Assembly (NCBI GenBank): GCA_021828195.1
Contig: JAKASQ010000002.1
Coordinates: 276,245-340,244 of the forward strand
Direction of reading: 5' to 3'
Length of the DNA: 64,000 nucleotides
From: Thermoplasmata archaeon
GTDB lineage: Archaea; Thermoplasmatota; Thermoplasmata; Lutacidiplasmatales; UBA184
Shown: positions 37,173 to 45,809 of the stretch, one piece after another
How positions within the stretch are numbered: the first letter of the stretch is position 1
Layout of the letters: each line of letters starts with the position of its first letter
The notes under the pieces: generated by a model
What the model was told of the DNA's origin: nothing
The model's input: only the letters and a program-made list of their open reading frames with translations
The model's database searches: none
Position numbers and translations under genes: made by a program

Positions 37173-37661
37173 TTATCTTCCAGCGGCCGGGAGCTCCTCG
37201 GTGGACCCCCGTTCGAACAGCACAGCTCCCGGTGCCCGCAGCCGGAGCGCGATTGGGGCCGGGTCCGTCGCCTCCGCCTGCAGGCGGCGATCGATCTCGC
37301 GCCAGAGCGGGTCGGAGCGCGGCGGCCCTGCGGGTCCCCGGACCGCCTCCTTCGGATGGAAGTGGAGCCAACGGAGCCCCGCCTCGACATGCTTGCACGT
37401 GCCGAGACCGCGCCGAGCAAAATCGGCACAGGTGCACATCGCGCTCGACCGATCCGGGTACTCGGGCAGCATCACGAGGTAGTGGGTGTCGTGCATCGGG
37501 TTGCGGACCTCCAGCATGGGGTAGTACGAGCCCGGGTGCCGCCGGATGTCCAGTGGCTCCTCGAAGGCCCGTGCCCGGCGCTCGGCCATATCCTCCCGGT
37601 CATCGCGGGGAGGAGGTGCGCGCGCCGGAGGCCATGCATCCCGAGCCATCGATCGGTGCAA
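37173..37661 (-). CDS. SWIM zinc-finger domain protein, hypothetical
   Basis: CTCADFARRGLGTCKHVEA matches the SWIM CxC...CxH pattern. Confidence 0.45.
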   Translation of the reverse strand: MHRSMARDAWPPARAPPPRDDREDMAERRARAFEEPLDIRRHPGSYYPMLEVRNPMHDTHYLVMLPEYPDRSSAMCTCADFARRGLGTCKHVEAGLRWLHFHPKEAVRGPAGPPRSDPLWREIDRRLQAEATDPAPIALRLRAPGAVLFERGSTEELPAAGR

Positions 37662-37729
37662 CGTCGTCGGGCGTATTTGGCCCCCTCCCTCGTCGCGGTT
37701 ATCTCTCCGGCCCGCTGGTGGGTGCCCCG

Positions 37730-37951
37730 ATGCCGTCCGCGCCCCCCGCTCGTCGAACGCCCCGCCGTCGACTGAGCAAGAACGCCCGGGTCGGGATCGG
37801 CCTCCTGCTCACCTTCCTCGGACTCGTGTTCCTGGCGTCGCTCCTCCCGACGGGCTCCTCCGCCCTCTCGACCGCCCTTCCGCTCGCCGCCGCTGGCATC
37901 CTGGCGATCTGGCTCGGCGGGATCCTGCTCGGTCGCGCAAACGCGCCTTGA
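37730..37951 (+). CDS. Small membrane protein (2 TM), hypothetical
   Basis: 73-aa ORF (MPSAPPARR... GIGLLLTFLGLVFLASLL ... AAAGILAIWLGGILLG) ending 8 nt before the HAD gene. Confidence 0.35.
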   Translation: MPSAPPARRTPRRRLSKNARVGIGLLLTFLGLVFLASLLPTGSSALSTALPLAAAGILAIWLGGILLGRANAP

Positions 37952-37958
37952 TTGGACC

Positions 37959-38639
37959 ATGTTCGCAAGCCCCTGGCGTCTCGTCACGGTCGATATCGAC
38001 GGTACGCTGACCCTCATCCATGGCTGGAGGAGGATTGCCGAGCGGTTCGGCCGGGAGTCGGAGTATCGGAGCTCGAACGCCCGCTTCCAACGCAAGGAGA
38101 TCGGCGAGGATCCTCATCTAACGGACCTGTTGGGACTCGCCCGAGGACACACGCTGACCGAGGTCGAGTCGGTGCTCGAGGCGACGCCCCGGCTCGAGGG
38201 GATCGGGGAGGGGATCGACGAGTTGCATCGGGCGGGTTCCCGGGTGGCCCTGCTCACGCACAACCCACCGTACGTGGCCCGCTGGTACGCCCAGAAGTTC
38301 GGGTTCGACGACCTGGAAGGTACCCCTGTGCCGGAACCTGCCCCGGGCGGCCCCATCCCTCTCCCGGGGCTCGTCCATGCCGACAAGAAGGGAGGCCTGG
38401 AGCGCCTCATCGCACGGTTCGGAGTGTCCCCGTTGGAGACCGTTCACGTAGGGGACGGATGGTCGGACGCCGAGCTCTTCCCGCTCATCGGGGCCGGGGT
38501 CGCGGTCAACTCCTCCTACCCTGTAGTGGATGCCGCCGCGGACCTCGTGCTCCACGTACGGGACTTCCGCCCCGTCGCCCAGGGAATCCTCGGGCTCCGG
38601 CCGCGGGTGAAACCTGCCCCGCGCCCTCGTGAGGGTTGA
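37959..38639 (+). CDS. HAD-superfamily hydrolase (subfamily IB, phosphoserine-phosphatase-like)
   Basis: DIDGTLT motif I, LLTHNP, VGDGWSDAELF motif IV. Confidence 0.8.
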   Translation: MFASPWRLVTVDIDGTLTLIHGWRRIAERFGRESEYRSSNARFQRKEIGEDPHLTDLLGLARGHTLTEVESVLEATPRLEGIGEGIDELHRAGSRVALLTHNPPYVARWYAQKFGFDDLEGTPVPEPAPGGPIPLPGLVHADKKGGLERLIARFGVSPLETVHVGDGWSDAELFPLIGAGVAVNSSYPVVDAAADLVLHVRDFRPVAQGILGLRPRVKPAPRPREG

Positions 38640-38667
38640 TATATCACCGGGGTCGACTCCGGGTCGC

Positions 38668-39234
38668 ATGGCCTACGTCCTCCTGCGATCCGTCCATCCG
38701 ACCCGGCTGACGATGCAGCTGCCCCAGGAGGTGGCGGAGATGATCGGCCTCGACTCCGGCGCCCCCGGTAAAGGCACCGGTCACTCGATCTCCTTCCTCG
38801 CTCGTGGCCCCGGCATCGCCCGGGTCCTGGCCACGGCGTCGTTTCGAGAAGCCCTCGCGATCGAGGTCGTTCGCGATCGGTTCGTCGCCTCCACCCGACC
38901 GGGTGAGAGGTTCCTGTTCTCGGTTCCCGCGAGCCTCCTGCGCCATCTCGAGATCGAGATCGGGGTCCGCGGTCCCCAGCTCGGTCGGGGCACGGACGAC
39001 CGCATCCTGTTCCTCATGCCCGAGGACGAGTATCATGACGCATGCGCCTCCCGAAGCAGGGGGGTGGCCTGGGCCGGTCCTCTCGGGGGCAGCCGGGCCC
39101 ACATCTACGTGGTGAAGGCCGTCGCTCCGCTCCCCCGCGGCCTCGCGCAGCTGGCGGAACTGGAGCGCCGGATCGAGGAGGAAGAGTGGCGGCCGGGGGT
39201 CGCCGCCCTCCAAAAGGTCGGGCGCGCCCGGTGA
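38668..39234 (+). CDS. Hypothetical protein
   Basis: ORF with neighbour-like codon usage; start taken at MAYVLL; N-terminal RLTMQLPQEVAEMIGL loosely resembles a swapped-hairpin (AbrB/MazE-like) motif. Confidence 0.4.
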   Translation: MAYVLLRSVHPTRLTMQLPQEVAEMIGLDSGAPGKGTGHSISFLARGPGIARVLATASFREALAIEVVRDRFVASTRPGERFLFSVPASLLRHLEIEIGVRGPQLGRGTDDRILFLMPEDEYHDACASRSRGVAWAGPLGGSRAHIYVVKAVAPLPRGLAQLAELERRIEEEEWRPGVAALQKVGRAR

Positions 39235-39302
39235 AGCCGGGATGGGCAACGGTCCACCCTTCTTGGAAGGTGTTAATAGAGTCTGACGGGATGTAATCCT
39301 AG

Positions 39303-40055
39303 ATGAGCCGGTCCAACCGCGGCCACCGCCGCTCCGCTCGCTCTGCGACGGGTCCCGAATCTCGCGGGGGCGCCCACTCCACCCCCCACCCCAAGCCGCC
39401 GCGCGCGGCCCGTACCCCGAAGATCGCCCGGACCACCGGGTCGGTCGCCCCTCCCAGGGCCGGGGGACCCACGGCCACGGAGGATGCGCTCAACTCGGTC
39501 ATGGACGCGTTCTTCGGTCCGGTCGACCACGACTCCCTCGCGAAGGCGATTCGCCGATCGATCGGTCACGACGGGATGCGGCCGGAAGACGCCCGGACCA
39601 TCGCTTCGCACGTGCTGAACTTCTTCGGGTTCAACGCCCGCATCATCGATAACGTCCTGGAGCCGGACGACCGCGACACGTTCTACATGCTCGAGGACAG
39701 CGGAATCCTAGAGACCGAGCGGGACGAGACCACGCTCTACGACGGACGAGAGTGGCGCATCCATTACTGGATGTTCCGCAAGGAGCGCATCTTCGGCCTC
39801 GCCCGTGAGGAGACCGAGGCCATGGTCGCCGCGGGCGAGCAGGACGTGGTCTATTCGACGAACCTGAACCGCGCGATGGCCTTCCGGCTGCCCCACGGGG
39901 AGACGGGCACCGGGCTCGCGGCCCATGCGGTGTACCACGAGCTCGCGGACGACATCTGGATGGAGCGTCGGCAGAGCCCCGCCGTCACTCCCGAGGCGGA
40001 GGTCGAGGTCCCGCCTCCCCGCCGTCGCTCCAAGAAGGTCCTCGCCGCCGACTGA
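39303..40055 (+). CDS. Hypothetical protein with basic disordered N-terminus
   Basis: 250-aa ORF; globular region from ~aa 60 onward (FYMLEDSGILETERDETTLYDGREWRIHYWMFRKE); no family recognised. Confidence 0.45.
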   Translation: MSRSNRGHRRSARSATGPESRGGAHSTPHPKPPRAARTPKIARTTGSVAPPRAGGPTATEDALNSVMDAFFGPVDHDSLAKAIRRSIGHDGMRPEDARTIASHVLNFFGFNARIIDNVLEPDDRDTFYMLEDSGILETERDETTLYDGREWRIHYWMFRKERIFGLAREETEAMVAAGEQDVVYSTNLNRAMAFRLPHGETGTGLAAHAVYHELADDIWMERRQSPAVTPEAEVEVPPPRRRSKKVLAAD

Positions 40056-40097
40056 ATCTTCGTCTCCGGGGCCCGGCCAACCGTTAATCACCGGGTC

Positions 40098-40736
40098 GTG
40101 TCCCGGTCGGCGATGCGACGCTTCCTCCTCCTCACCCACCGCGTTCCCGTGCACGGGGAGTTCACGCTCAACGACCTCGCCGGAGGGGGAGGTCGAATCG
40201 ACGAGATCGCTCGCGTGGCATCTACCGCATTCACCCTATCGAACGACCTGCGTCGGGACACGGAGCTGACGATCGTGTTCCCGGCGGCCTCCCCTGCCGA
40301 AGCGCGACGCATCCGCCTCGTGGGCTCGCGCCTGCGCCATCTCAATCCGGACGAGCGATCCACCGCCGCTCTGCTCAAGAACGCGCTCGTGCGATCGATG
40401 GCGTTCCCTTCGGACTTCGAGTCCTCCCCGGGACTGATCGTGGCGGCGGCGGATCCGGTCGAAGAGCTCCGACGCTTCCTCCAGCTCCCGAACGTGGTCT
40501 GGCTCATCGAAGGAGGGGGACCGCTGCGGGAGTGGAAGGGGAACCCCGCGGAGTTCTCGGCGGTGCTCTGCGACCCCTACGACCCGACGGACGGAGAGCG
40601 GGAGGTGCTCGCCGCGAGCGGCGCGCTTCCGGTTTCCGTCGGACCGCGCTCGCTCCGGTCCTCCCAGGTGATGGACATTGTCCACAACGAGCTCGATTTG
40701 AGGGAAGCGACCGGGGAGCCCCCGACCGAGGGCTAG
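40098..40736 (+). CDS. SPOUT-class methyltransferase, TrmY-like (COG1901/DUF358; tRNA pseudouridine-54 N1-methyltransferase family)
   Basis: GRIDEIARVASTAF, LRHLNPDERS and overall ~210 aa length resemble TrmY; assignment from memory of family motifs. Confidence 0.5.
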   Translation: MSRSAMRRFLLLTHRVPVHGEFTLNDLAGGGGRIDEIARVASTAFTLSNDLRRDTELTIVFPAASPAEARRIRLVGSRLRHLNPDERSTAALLKNALVRSMAFPSDFESSPGLIVAAADPVEELRRFLQLPNVVWLIEGGGPLREWKGNPAEFSAVLCDPYDPTDGEREVLAASGALPVSVGPRSLRSSQVMDIVHNELDLREATGEPPTEG

Positions 40737-41755
40737 TGCGCGGGAAGCGCCTTCGAGGCCGAGGGCGGTCGGCCGAGGGCCTCCCGGATGGATTGCGGTT
40801 TGAGGCCCCCGATCACCGCGGTCAGCCGAACCACTTCGCGAGGCTCTTCGTGCGTCCGGGTGCCCACGACGATGTCCCTCGGATTGCCGAGCCTCCGTCG
40901 GAAGCTCTCCAGGAGCCGCTCGAACGTGTCGAGGGTCATGTTGGAACCCCCGTCCATGTGGATCAACGCCGAGGGCCGATCCGTCAGCTCGTAATCGAGC
41001 AGAGTCTCGCGCATCGCTTGCTCGACCAGACGCTCCGGCTCGGAGTGGTGGCGTTCTCCCCAGACGAGCGTGGAGAGTCCGGCGGCTCCGAGGTGGGTCT
41101 TGATGCTGGCGACGTCGACGTTCATCTGGGAAGGGTACTCGACCATGTCCACCAGGCACGAGACGAGGCCGTGGACGTAGGCGTTGCGTAGGTGGAGCAC
41201 GCGCGGGAACGGCAAGCCGCGGAATCTCAGCAGTTTCTCGTTGGAGAGCGCGAGGAGGAAGCCGCCCATCGCCTCGAGCTCCTCGAGGCTCTCCTCCACG
41301 TTCTCCCGCCGGCCGGGGCTCGCGAGCTCGTGGTGGAAGGGGAGGAAGGCGACCGGGACGGGCATCGCACCGGTCTTGCGTAGTTCCTGGGCGAGGTAGG
41401 GCAACAGCGCGCTGCCGGTGCCGCCACCGAGCCCGGCAAGGAGAAACACGATCTCGAACTCGGAGACACGCCGAAGGATCTCAGGGGCATTGTCCTCCAC
41501 CGCACGCCTCGCGGCGAGCCGGTTGCCTCCTGAGCCACGGCCCTTGAGCTCGCGCGCCCCGATCAGGATCCGTTGCGGGATGTCCATCCCATCGAGGTGG
41601 CGGGCGTCGGTGTTGATCGCGAACGATCGGACCCCGGGCAGCCCCAAGCCGAGGAGATCGCGGACGGCGTCGCCGCCGGCACCTCCGAGCCCGACGATCG
41701 CGAACGAGGGATCGGCGTGGAGGGCCGCCCAGGCGTCCGGGGAGCTATCGAGCAT
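40733..41755 (-). CDS. FtsZ/tubulin-superfamily GTPase (divergent, CetZ-like)
   Basis: G-box-like IVGLGGAGGDAV and tubulin signature AGLGGGTGSA; the rest is divergent from canonical FtsZ. Confidence 0.7.
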   Translation of the reverse strand: MLDSSPDAWAALHADPSFAIVGLGGAGGDAVRDLLGLGLPGVRSFAINTDARHLDGMDIPQRILIGARELKGRGSGGNRLAARRAVEDNAPEILRRVSEFEIVFLLAGLGGGTGSALLPYLAQELRKTGAMPVPVAFLPFHHELASPGRRENVEESLEELEAMGGFLLALSNEKLLRFRGLPFPRVLHLRNAYVHGLVSCLVDMVEYPSQMNVDVASIKTHLGAAGLSTLVWGERHHSEPERLVEQAMRETLLDYELTDRPSALIHMDGGSNMTLDTFERLLESFRRRLGNPRDIVVGTRTHEEPREVVRLTAVIGGLKPQSIREALGRPPSASKALPAH

Positions 41756-41767
41756 GGGCCTTCGCGC

Positions 41768-42130
41768 CTAGGTCGACGAACTTCCGCCGGCCGTCGCGCG
41801 CGCTTCGGAGCGGGGGACGCGCGCAGGTACGGGCGGGTGCTCGAGCCGCTGGCGGATGTATTCGCGGACCGCGGAGCGCACCGCGTCGTCGACCGACACC
41901 GAGTTCCCTTCGCGCACGAACTCTTCGAGCTCGCGGTTGTCTTGGCGAGATAGTTCAACGACCACCTTGCGCACGTTCGGCGGCGGGAGATGCATCTCTA
42001 CGTACCGCTCGAGACCTTCACGGATCGTGTCGGAGATTGTGGCCGTGCCGGTCGCCTTCTGGACCTGCTTGAGCTTCTCCACGAGACTCTGAGGGATGCG
42101 TACGGTCACCCGTTCTGACGTATCGGTCAT
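41768..42130 (-). CDS. Ribbon-helix-helix (CopG/Arc-like) DNA-binding protein
   Basis: VTVRIPQSLVEKLKQV N-terminal RHH strand-helix; 12 nt upstream of the FtsZ-like gene on the same strand. Confidence 0.5.
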   Translation of the reverse strand: MTDTSERVTVRIPQSLVEKLKQVQKATGTATISDTIREGLERYVEMHLPPPNVRKVVVELSRQDNRELEEFVREGNSVSVDDAVRSAVREYIRQRLEHPPVPARVPRSEARATAGGSSST

Positions 42131-42321
42131 GTTCGTCAGACACCATTGCTCCCTTTGTCAGACGAATGGCATATCCTTCCCGAGGCTTAAACGTTTGTTT
42201 GGACGCCGACCGCTCGACGGCTTCCCCCGAGGAGCGTGGGCGAGCGAGCCACGCTCGGGCCGAGGAGGAACGCGCTCTCGATTCGGTGGAAGGCCGGGCT
42301 CTTGCCCGAACGAACCCGATC

Positions 42322-43125
42322 TCAGCGTCCGTAGCGTCGTTGGCGGGTCTGGAACGTTCGGATCGCCCGGAGGAAATCGAGACGCGCGAGGCCCGGCCAC
42401 ATGACGTCGGAAAAGTACAGCTCGCTGTAGGCGGACTGCCACAGCAGGAAGTTGGAGATCCGTTCCTCCCCGCTCGTACGCAGAACGAGATCCGGATCGG
42501 GCAGGTCCGACGTATAGAGGTGGTCGGAGACCATCTTCGCATCGATGGTTTCCGGATCGATGCGTCCGGCCCGTACCTCCCGGGCTAGGGCCCGGATCGC
42601 CTCCACAATCTCGTCGCGGCCCCCGTAGGCGATCGCGACGTTGTACCGGTAGCCGTCGTAGTCCTTGGTCGCCCGTTCGGCCACCTCGATCGCGGCCTGG
42701 ACCCGGCGAGGTAGGATCTCCCGGTCTCCGATCGATCGGACCCGGATGCGATAGCGGTGGACGCGCTCATCCACCGCGATGTCACGGAAGCTCCTCTCGA
42801 ATAGATCCATGAGGTCGTCGACCTCTTCCGGGGAACGAGAGAGGTTCTCCGTGGAGAGCGCGAAGACCGTGAGGACCCGGATTCCCACCTCGAGGCACCA
42901 ATCGAGCAGCTCTTCGATCTTGTCCTTCCCCTTGACGTGACCTTCGGCGGTGAGCATCCCGTGCGCGGAGGCGAAGCGGCGGTTCCCGTCCATGATGATC
43001 GCGAGGTGCCGCGGGACCGGGCTCTTTCGAATGAGTTCCAGGAGCCGACGCTCGGTCGCCTCCCGCAGGGCCTCTCCGAAGAGGCCGGAGAGGGATTTCG
43101 AAGTCGGGGGGTCGGGCGCGGTCAC
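42322..43125 (-). CDS. uppS: cis-prenyltransferase (undecaprenyl-diphosphate synthase family; di-trans,poly-cis polyprenyl diphosphate synthase)
   Basis: HLAIIMDGNRRFA, conserved RTSGE..SNFLLWQ motifs. Confidence 0.9.
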   Translation of the reverse strand: MTAPDPPTSKSLSGLFGEALREATERRLLELIRKSPVPRHLAIIMDGNRRFASAHGMLTAEGHVKGKDKIEELLDWCLEVGIRVLTVFALSTENLSRSPEEVDDLMDLFERSFRDIAVDERVHRYRIRVRSIGDREILPRRVQAAIEVAERATKDYDGYRYNVAIAYGGRDEIVEAIRALAREVRAGRIDPETIDAKMVSDHLYTSDLPDPDLVLRTSGEERISNFLLWQSAYSELYFSDVMWPGLARLDFLRAIRTFQTRQRRYGR

Positions 43126-43182
43126 GCTAGGTGGAGGGAACTCGAGGAATAACGGTGCTGGGAGCGCCCGCGCCGGGGGGAG

Positions 43183-43286
43183 CGCCCTGGTCGGGAGTTT
43201 CGGCCCCGGGGGCGCACCCGCGGAGCCTTCGAACCCGAGTCCCAGGCTCGACAGACCTAGATCCTAGACCACTAGACTACCAGGGC
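43183..43286 (-). tRNA. tRNA-Asp (anticodon GTC) with a ~31-nt intron in the T-loop (between positions 59 and 60)
   Basis: Reverse complement: acceptor GCCCTGG/CCAGGGC with discriminator G73; D-arm GTCT-AGTGGTCTA-GGAT; anticodon stem TAGGT/GCCTG, loop CTGTCGA; T-stem TCGGG/CCCGA enclosing TTCGAA-[GGCTCCGCGGGTGCGCCCCCGGGGCCGAAAC]-T; removing the insert gives a canonical TTCGAAT loop and a 73-nt tRNA. Confidence 0.65.
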
Positions 43287-43435
43287 AGCGTGGGGGCGTA
43301 CTCGCACCATGCTATGAACCTTGCCACCGTCGGGGCCTCGAGCGCGTGCCCGGCCGGGTTCCTCGGGCGAGGCGTACCCCTCGAGCCCTTGCGTTATGTA
43401 TCGGCTCCGGCCCTTGATTTCAAGGGGAACGGACC

Positions 43436-43579
43436 ATGACGACCTTCACGGCGTGGCTGCTCGCCATTCTGGCGATCATTGCCCTGTTGCTCGCGCTCGA
43501 CCATCTCGGAGTCGACGTCGCGGGCTCGGTCTCCTCCGGCGTACACGCCGTGGAACACGTGCTCAACCGCCCGCTCTAA
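43436..43579 (+). CDS. Small single-TM peptide, hypothetical
   Basis: 47-aa ORF MTTFTAWLLAILAIIALLLALDHLGVDVAGSVSSGVHAVEHVLNRPL with TTATGTAT TATA-like element ~40 nt upstream; not in ORF track (<60 aa). Confidence 0.25.
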   Translation: MTTFTAWLLAILAIIALLLALDHLGVDVAGSVSSGVHAVEHVLNRPL

Positions 43580-43596
43580 GCGCCCGGCCCCTCGCC

Positions 43597-44187
43597 CTAC
43601 CCACGGGCGAGGACCCGCACGACCGCGTCCAGGAACGAGGAAGCGTGGATGTCCGGTTCGAGGTGATGGCCCGCCATCTCAGCGAGGACTTCCGCCTCGT
43701 GTCCAATCGGTGGAACCAGCGCGGTCAAGAGCCCGAGCCGCCGCCCGGCCTCGATATCGAGCCAGCGATCCCCGACGATCGCGCTCGCGGCGAGATCGAT
43801 GCCGCGCTCCGATCGAGCGCGCTCGAAGAGCTCCCCTTTCGGCTTCCGACACGGGCACCCGGCCTCGGGCGCGTGGGGGCAGTAGTAGAATGCATCGATC
43901 CGAGCGTTCGACAGGGCGAGCCGCTCGTTGAGCCGGTGGTGGATCGCCTCCACGATCTCGCGCGTGTACAGGCCTCGCTCGATCCCGGATTGGTTGGTGA
44001 CGCACAGGATCTGGTAGCCATGATCACGGGCGAGCCGTAGTGCCTCCCCGACCCCCCGGTACACCTCGAGACGCGCCGGATCCGCGAGGTAGTGAAAGTC
44101 GGGAACGAGCGTGCCGTCCCGGTCGACGAAGAGGGCCCGGGCCCGCCGAGGTTCGACCGGGCGCTGCGCCACCGACGGGACCGTCAT
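43597..44187 (-). CDS. gmhB: HAD-family D,D-heptose-1,7-bisphosphate phosphatase-like (GmhB/histidinol-phosphatase subfamily)
   Basis: ALFVDRDGTL, VTNQSG, zinc-binding CPHAPEAGCPCRKP, IVGDRWLD; start at MTVPSVAQ; upstream part of the 300-aa ORF is low-complexity. Confidence 0.75.
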   Translation of the reverse strand: MTVPSVAQRPVEPRRARALFVDRDGTLVPDFHYLADPARLEVYRGVGEALRLARDHGYQILCVTNQSGIERGLYTREIVEAIHHRLNERLALSNARIDAFYYCPHAPEAGCPCRKPKGELFERARSERGIDLAASAIVGDRWLDIEAGRRLGLLTALVPPIGHEAEVLAEMAGHHLEPDIHASSFLDAVVRVLARG

Positions 44188-44250
44188 CGGGGAAGAGAGT
44201 CCGACCCCCCATAAGGGTTCATCCCGTCGTGGCGCTGCCCGGCACTGCCC

Positions 44251-45015
44251 ATGCCGGCCGCACTCGTGGATCGAACGGCCGGGACCGGATTCGACTCCGC
44301 GTTCCCCCGAGCCGTCGCGCGACTCGCCGAGGACGGTCCGATCACCGTCCTGTTCTCGGGCGGGCTCGACTCCTCGCTCATCGCGTGGGAGCTGCGCGGG
44401 CGCGGGAAGACCGTACTGTGGTCCGTGGGCCAGGAAGGGAGCCCCGACCTCGATGCGGCTCGCTCGGCGGCCGAGGTGATGGACTTGACGTGGCAACATG
44501 CGACGCTGACCGGGGCCGACGTCGAGGCGGCGCTCGAGCGCTTCGCGGTGGAACTACGGGGCGCAGAGGGCCCTCCGCTTGACGTAGCCGTCGCATTCGC
44601 GCTGGCGTTGGATCGGGCCCCCACGACCCGGGTGCTGGCCGGGCAGGGGGCCGACGAGCTGTTCCTGGGGTACGCGCATTTTCGCGGTCTCACCGAGGAG
44701 CAAGCAGCCCGGCGCGCGGACGCGGACCTACGGCGGCTGCTCGACTCGGAGTGGCCCCGCGCACAGCGCATCGCGGAACGCGCGGGCCACCGCCTCGTCG
44801 CGCCGTTCTTGGAGCCGGAGGTGGTGCGCGCGGCCCTCGAGATCCCGCTCGCGGAGCGCATGCCGGGTGACGTCCCCAAGCAATGGCTGAGGGGCTGGGC
44901 GATCGCCCGCGGGCTCGCCCCGGAGATCGCGTGTCGCCCGAAGCGAGCGATCCAGTACGGCTCCCGGGTCCAGCGCCTCCTTCGAGAGCTTCGACCCCTA
45001 TCGCGAAGCCGTTAA
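44251..45015 (+). CDS. Asparagine-synthetase-like PP-loop ATPase domain protein (no glutaminase domain)
   Basis: PP-loop VLFSGGLDSS and AsnB C-domain-like layout, 254 aa. Confidence 0.6.
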   Translation: MPAALVDRTAGTGFDSAFPRAVARLAEDGPITVLFSGGLDSSLIAWELRGRGKTVLWSVGQEGSPDLDAARSAAEVMDLTWQHATLTGADVEAALERFAVELRGAEGPPLDVAVAFALALDRAPTTRVLAGQGADELFLGYAHFRGLTEEQAARRADADLRRLLDSEWPRAQRIAERAGHRLVAPFLEPEVVRAALEIPLAERMPGDVPKQWLRGWAIARGLAPEIACRPKRAIQYGSRVQRLLRELRPLSRSR

Positions 45016-45050
45016 GGTCCCGGCCCTGTCGGGGCTCCCGGGCGGTCGCG

Positions 45051-45809
45051 TTGCTCGGCACTCTTACCTCGATCATCGGCATCCTCGCCACGGTCGCTCT
45101 ATCGTGCGCGGCGGTGCTCCTCCGATCGCTGACGCCGGCGGCCGGCGCGGTCGCGGCCGTCTTCGGCTCCTTCATCGTTGTCGTCGGCGGGTTTGCCTTC
45201 CTCGCGCTCCTGATTCTCTTCGTCCTCGCCGGATCCCTCGCGACTCGGTACCATATCGCCGAGAAGACCCGGGACCACCTCCAGGAAGGGCAGCATGGCG
45301 AGCGAGGGATCTCCAACGTCCTCGCGCACATCGTCATCCCCACGATCCTGGTGGGAATCTACGGACTGTCGCCGGGCGCGCTTCCCGCGTCGGCCCTCGC
45401 GTTCCTGTACACCGCGGCGCTCGCCTTCGGCGCCGCCGACACCTTCGCGAGCGAGTTCGGAGTGCTGGCCGGCCACGCCCGAAGCATCCTCACGCTGCTC
45501 CCGGTGACCCCCGGTACGAACGGAGGCGTCTCGGCCCCCGGCGAGGCCTGGGCGTTCGTGGGCGCCACCACTACCGCCGCGATCGGATTCCTCCTCTTCT
45601 CCCTCTTCTCCGCTCCCACTCCGCCGGTGGCACTGTTCGTGGTCGGTACCACGCTCGCCGGATTCGTCGGCTGCCAGATCGATTCCGTCCTCGGGGAGAC
45701 CCTCGAGAACCGGGGCTACCTCACGAAGGGGTCGACGAACCTACTCGGGATGGTCTCGAGCGTGCTGATCGGTGGCGGCATCCTCGCTGCCGCGGGAGGG
45801 CGCCTCTGA
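45051..45809 (+). CDS. DUF92/TMEM19-family integral membrane protein
   Basis: Multi-TM protein with conserved GERGISNVLAH and GAADTFASEFG motifs; no in-frame ATG near the N-terminus, TTG at 45051 proposed. Confidence 0.5.
   Translation: MLGTLTSIIGILATVALSCAAVLLRSLTPAAGAVAAVFGSFIVVVGGFAFLALLILFVLAGSLATRYHIAEKTRDHLQEGQHGERGISNVLAHIVIPTILVGIYGLSPGALPASALAFLYTAALAFGAADTFASEFGVLAGHARSILTLLPVTPGTNGGVSAPGEAWAFVGATTTAAIGFLLFSLFSAPTPPVALFVVGTTLAGFVGCQIDSVLGETLENRGYLTKGSTNLLGMVSSVLIGGGILAAAGGRL

Noticed and set aside
43287-43435. tRNA-like or structured segments on the plus strand between tRNA-Asp and the small ORF (direct GGCGTAC repeats)
   Set aside because: No cloverleaf could be built on the plus strand. 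The region is more likely promoter/leader for the divergent tRNA-Asp and small ORF (TTATGTAT element at 43394).
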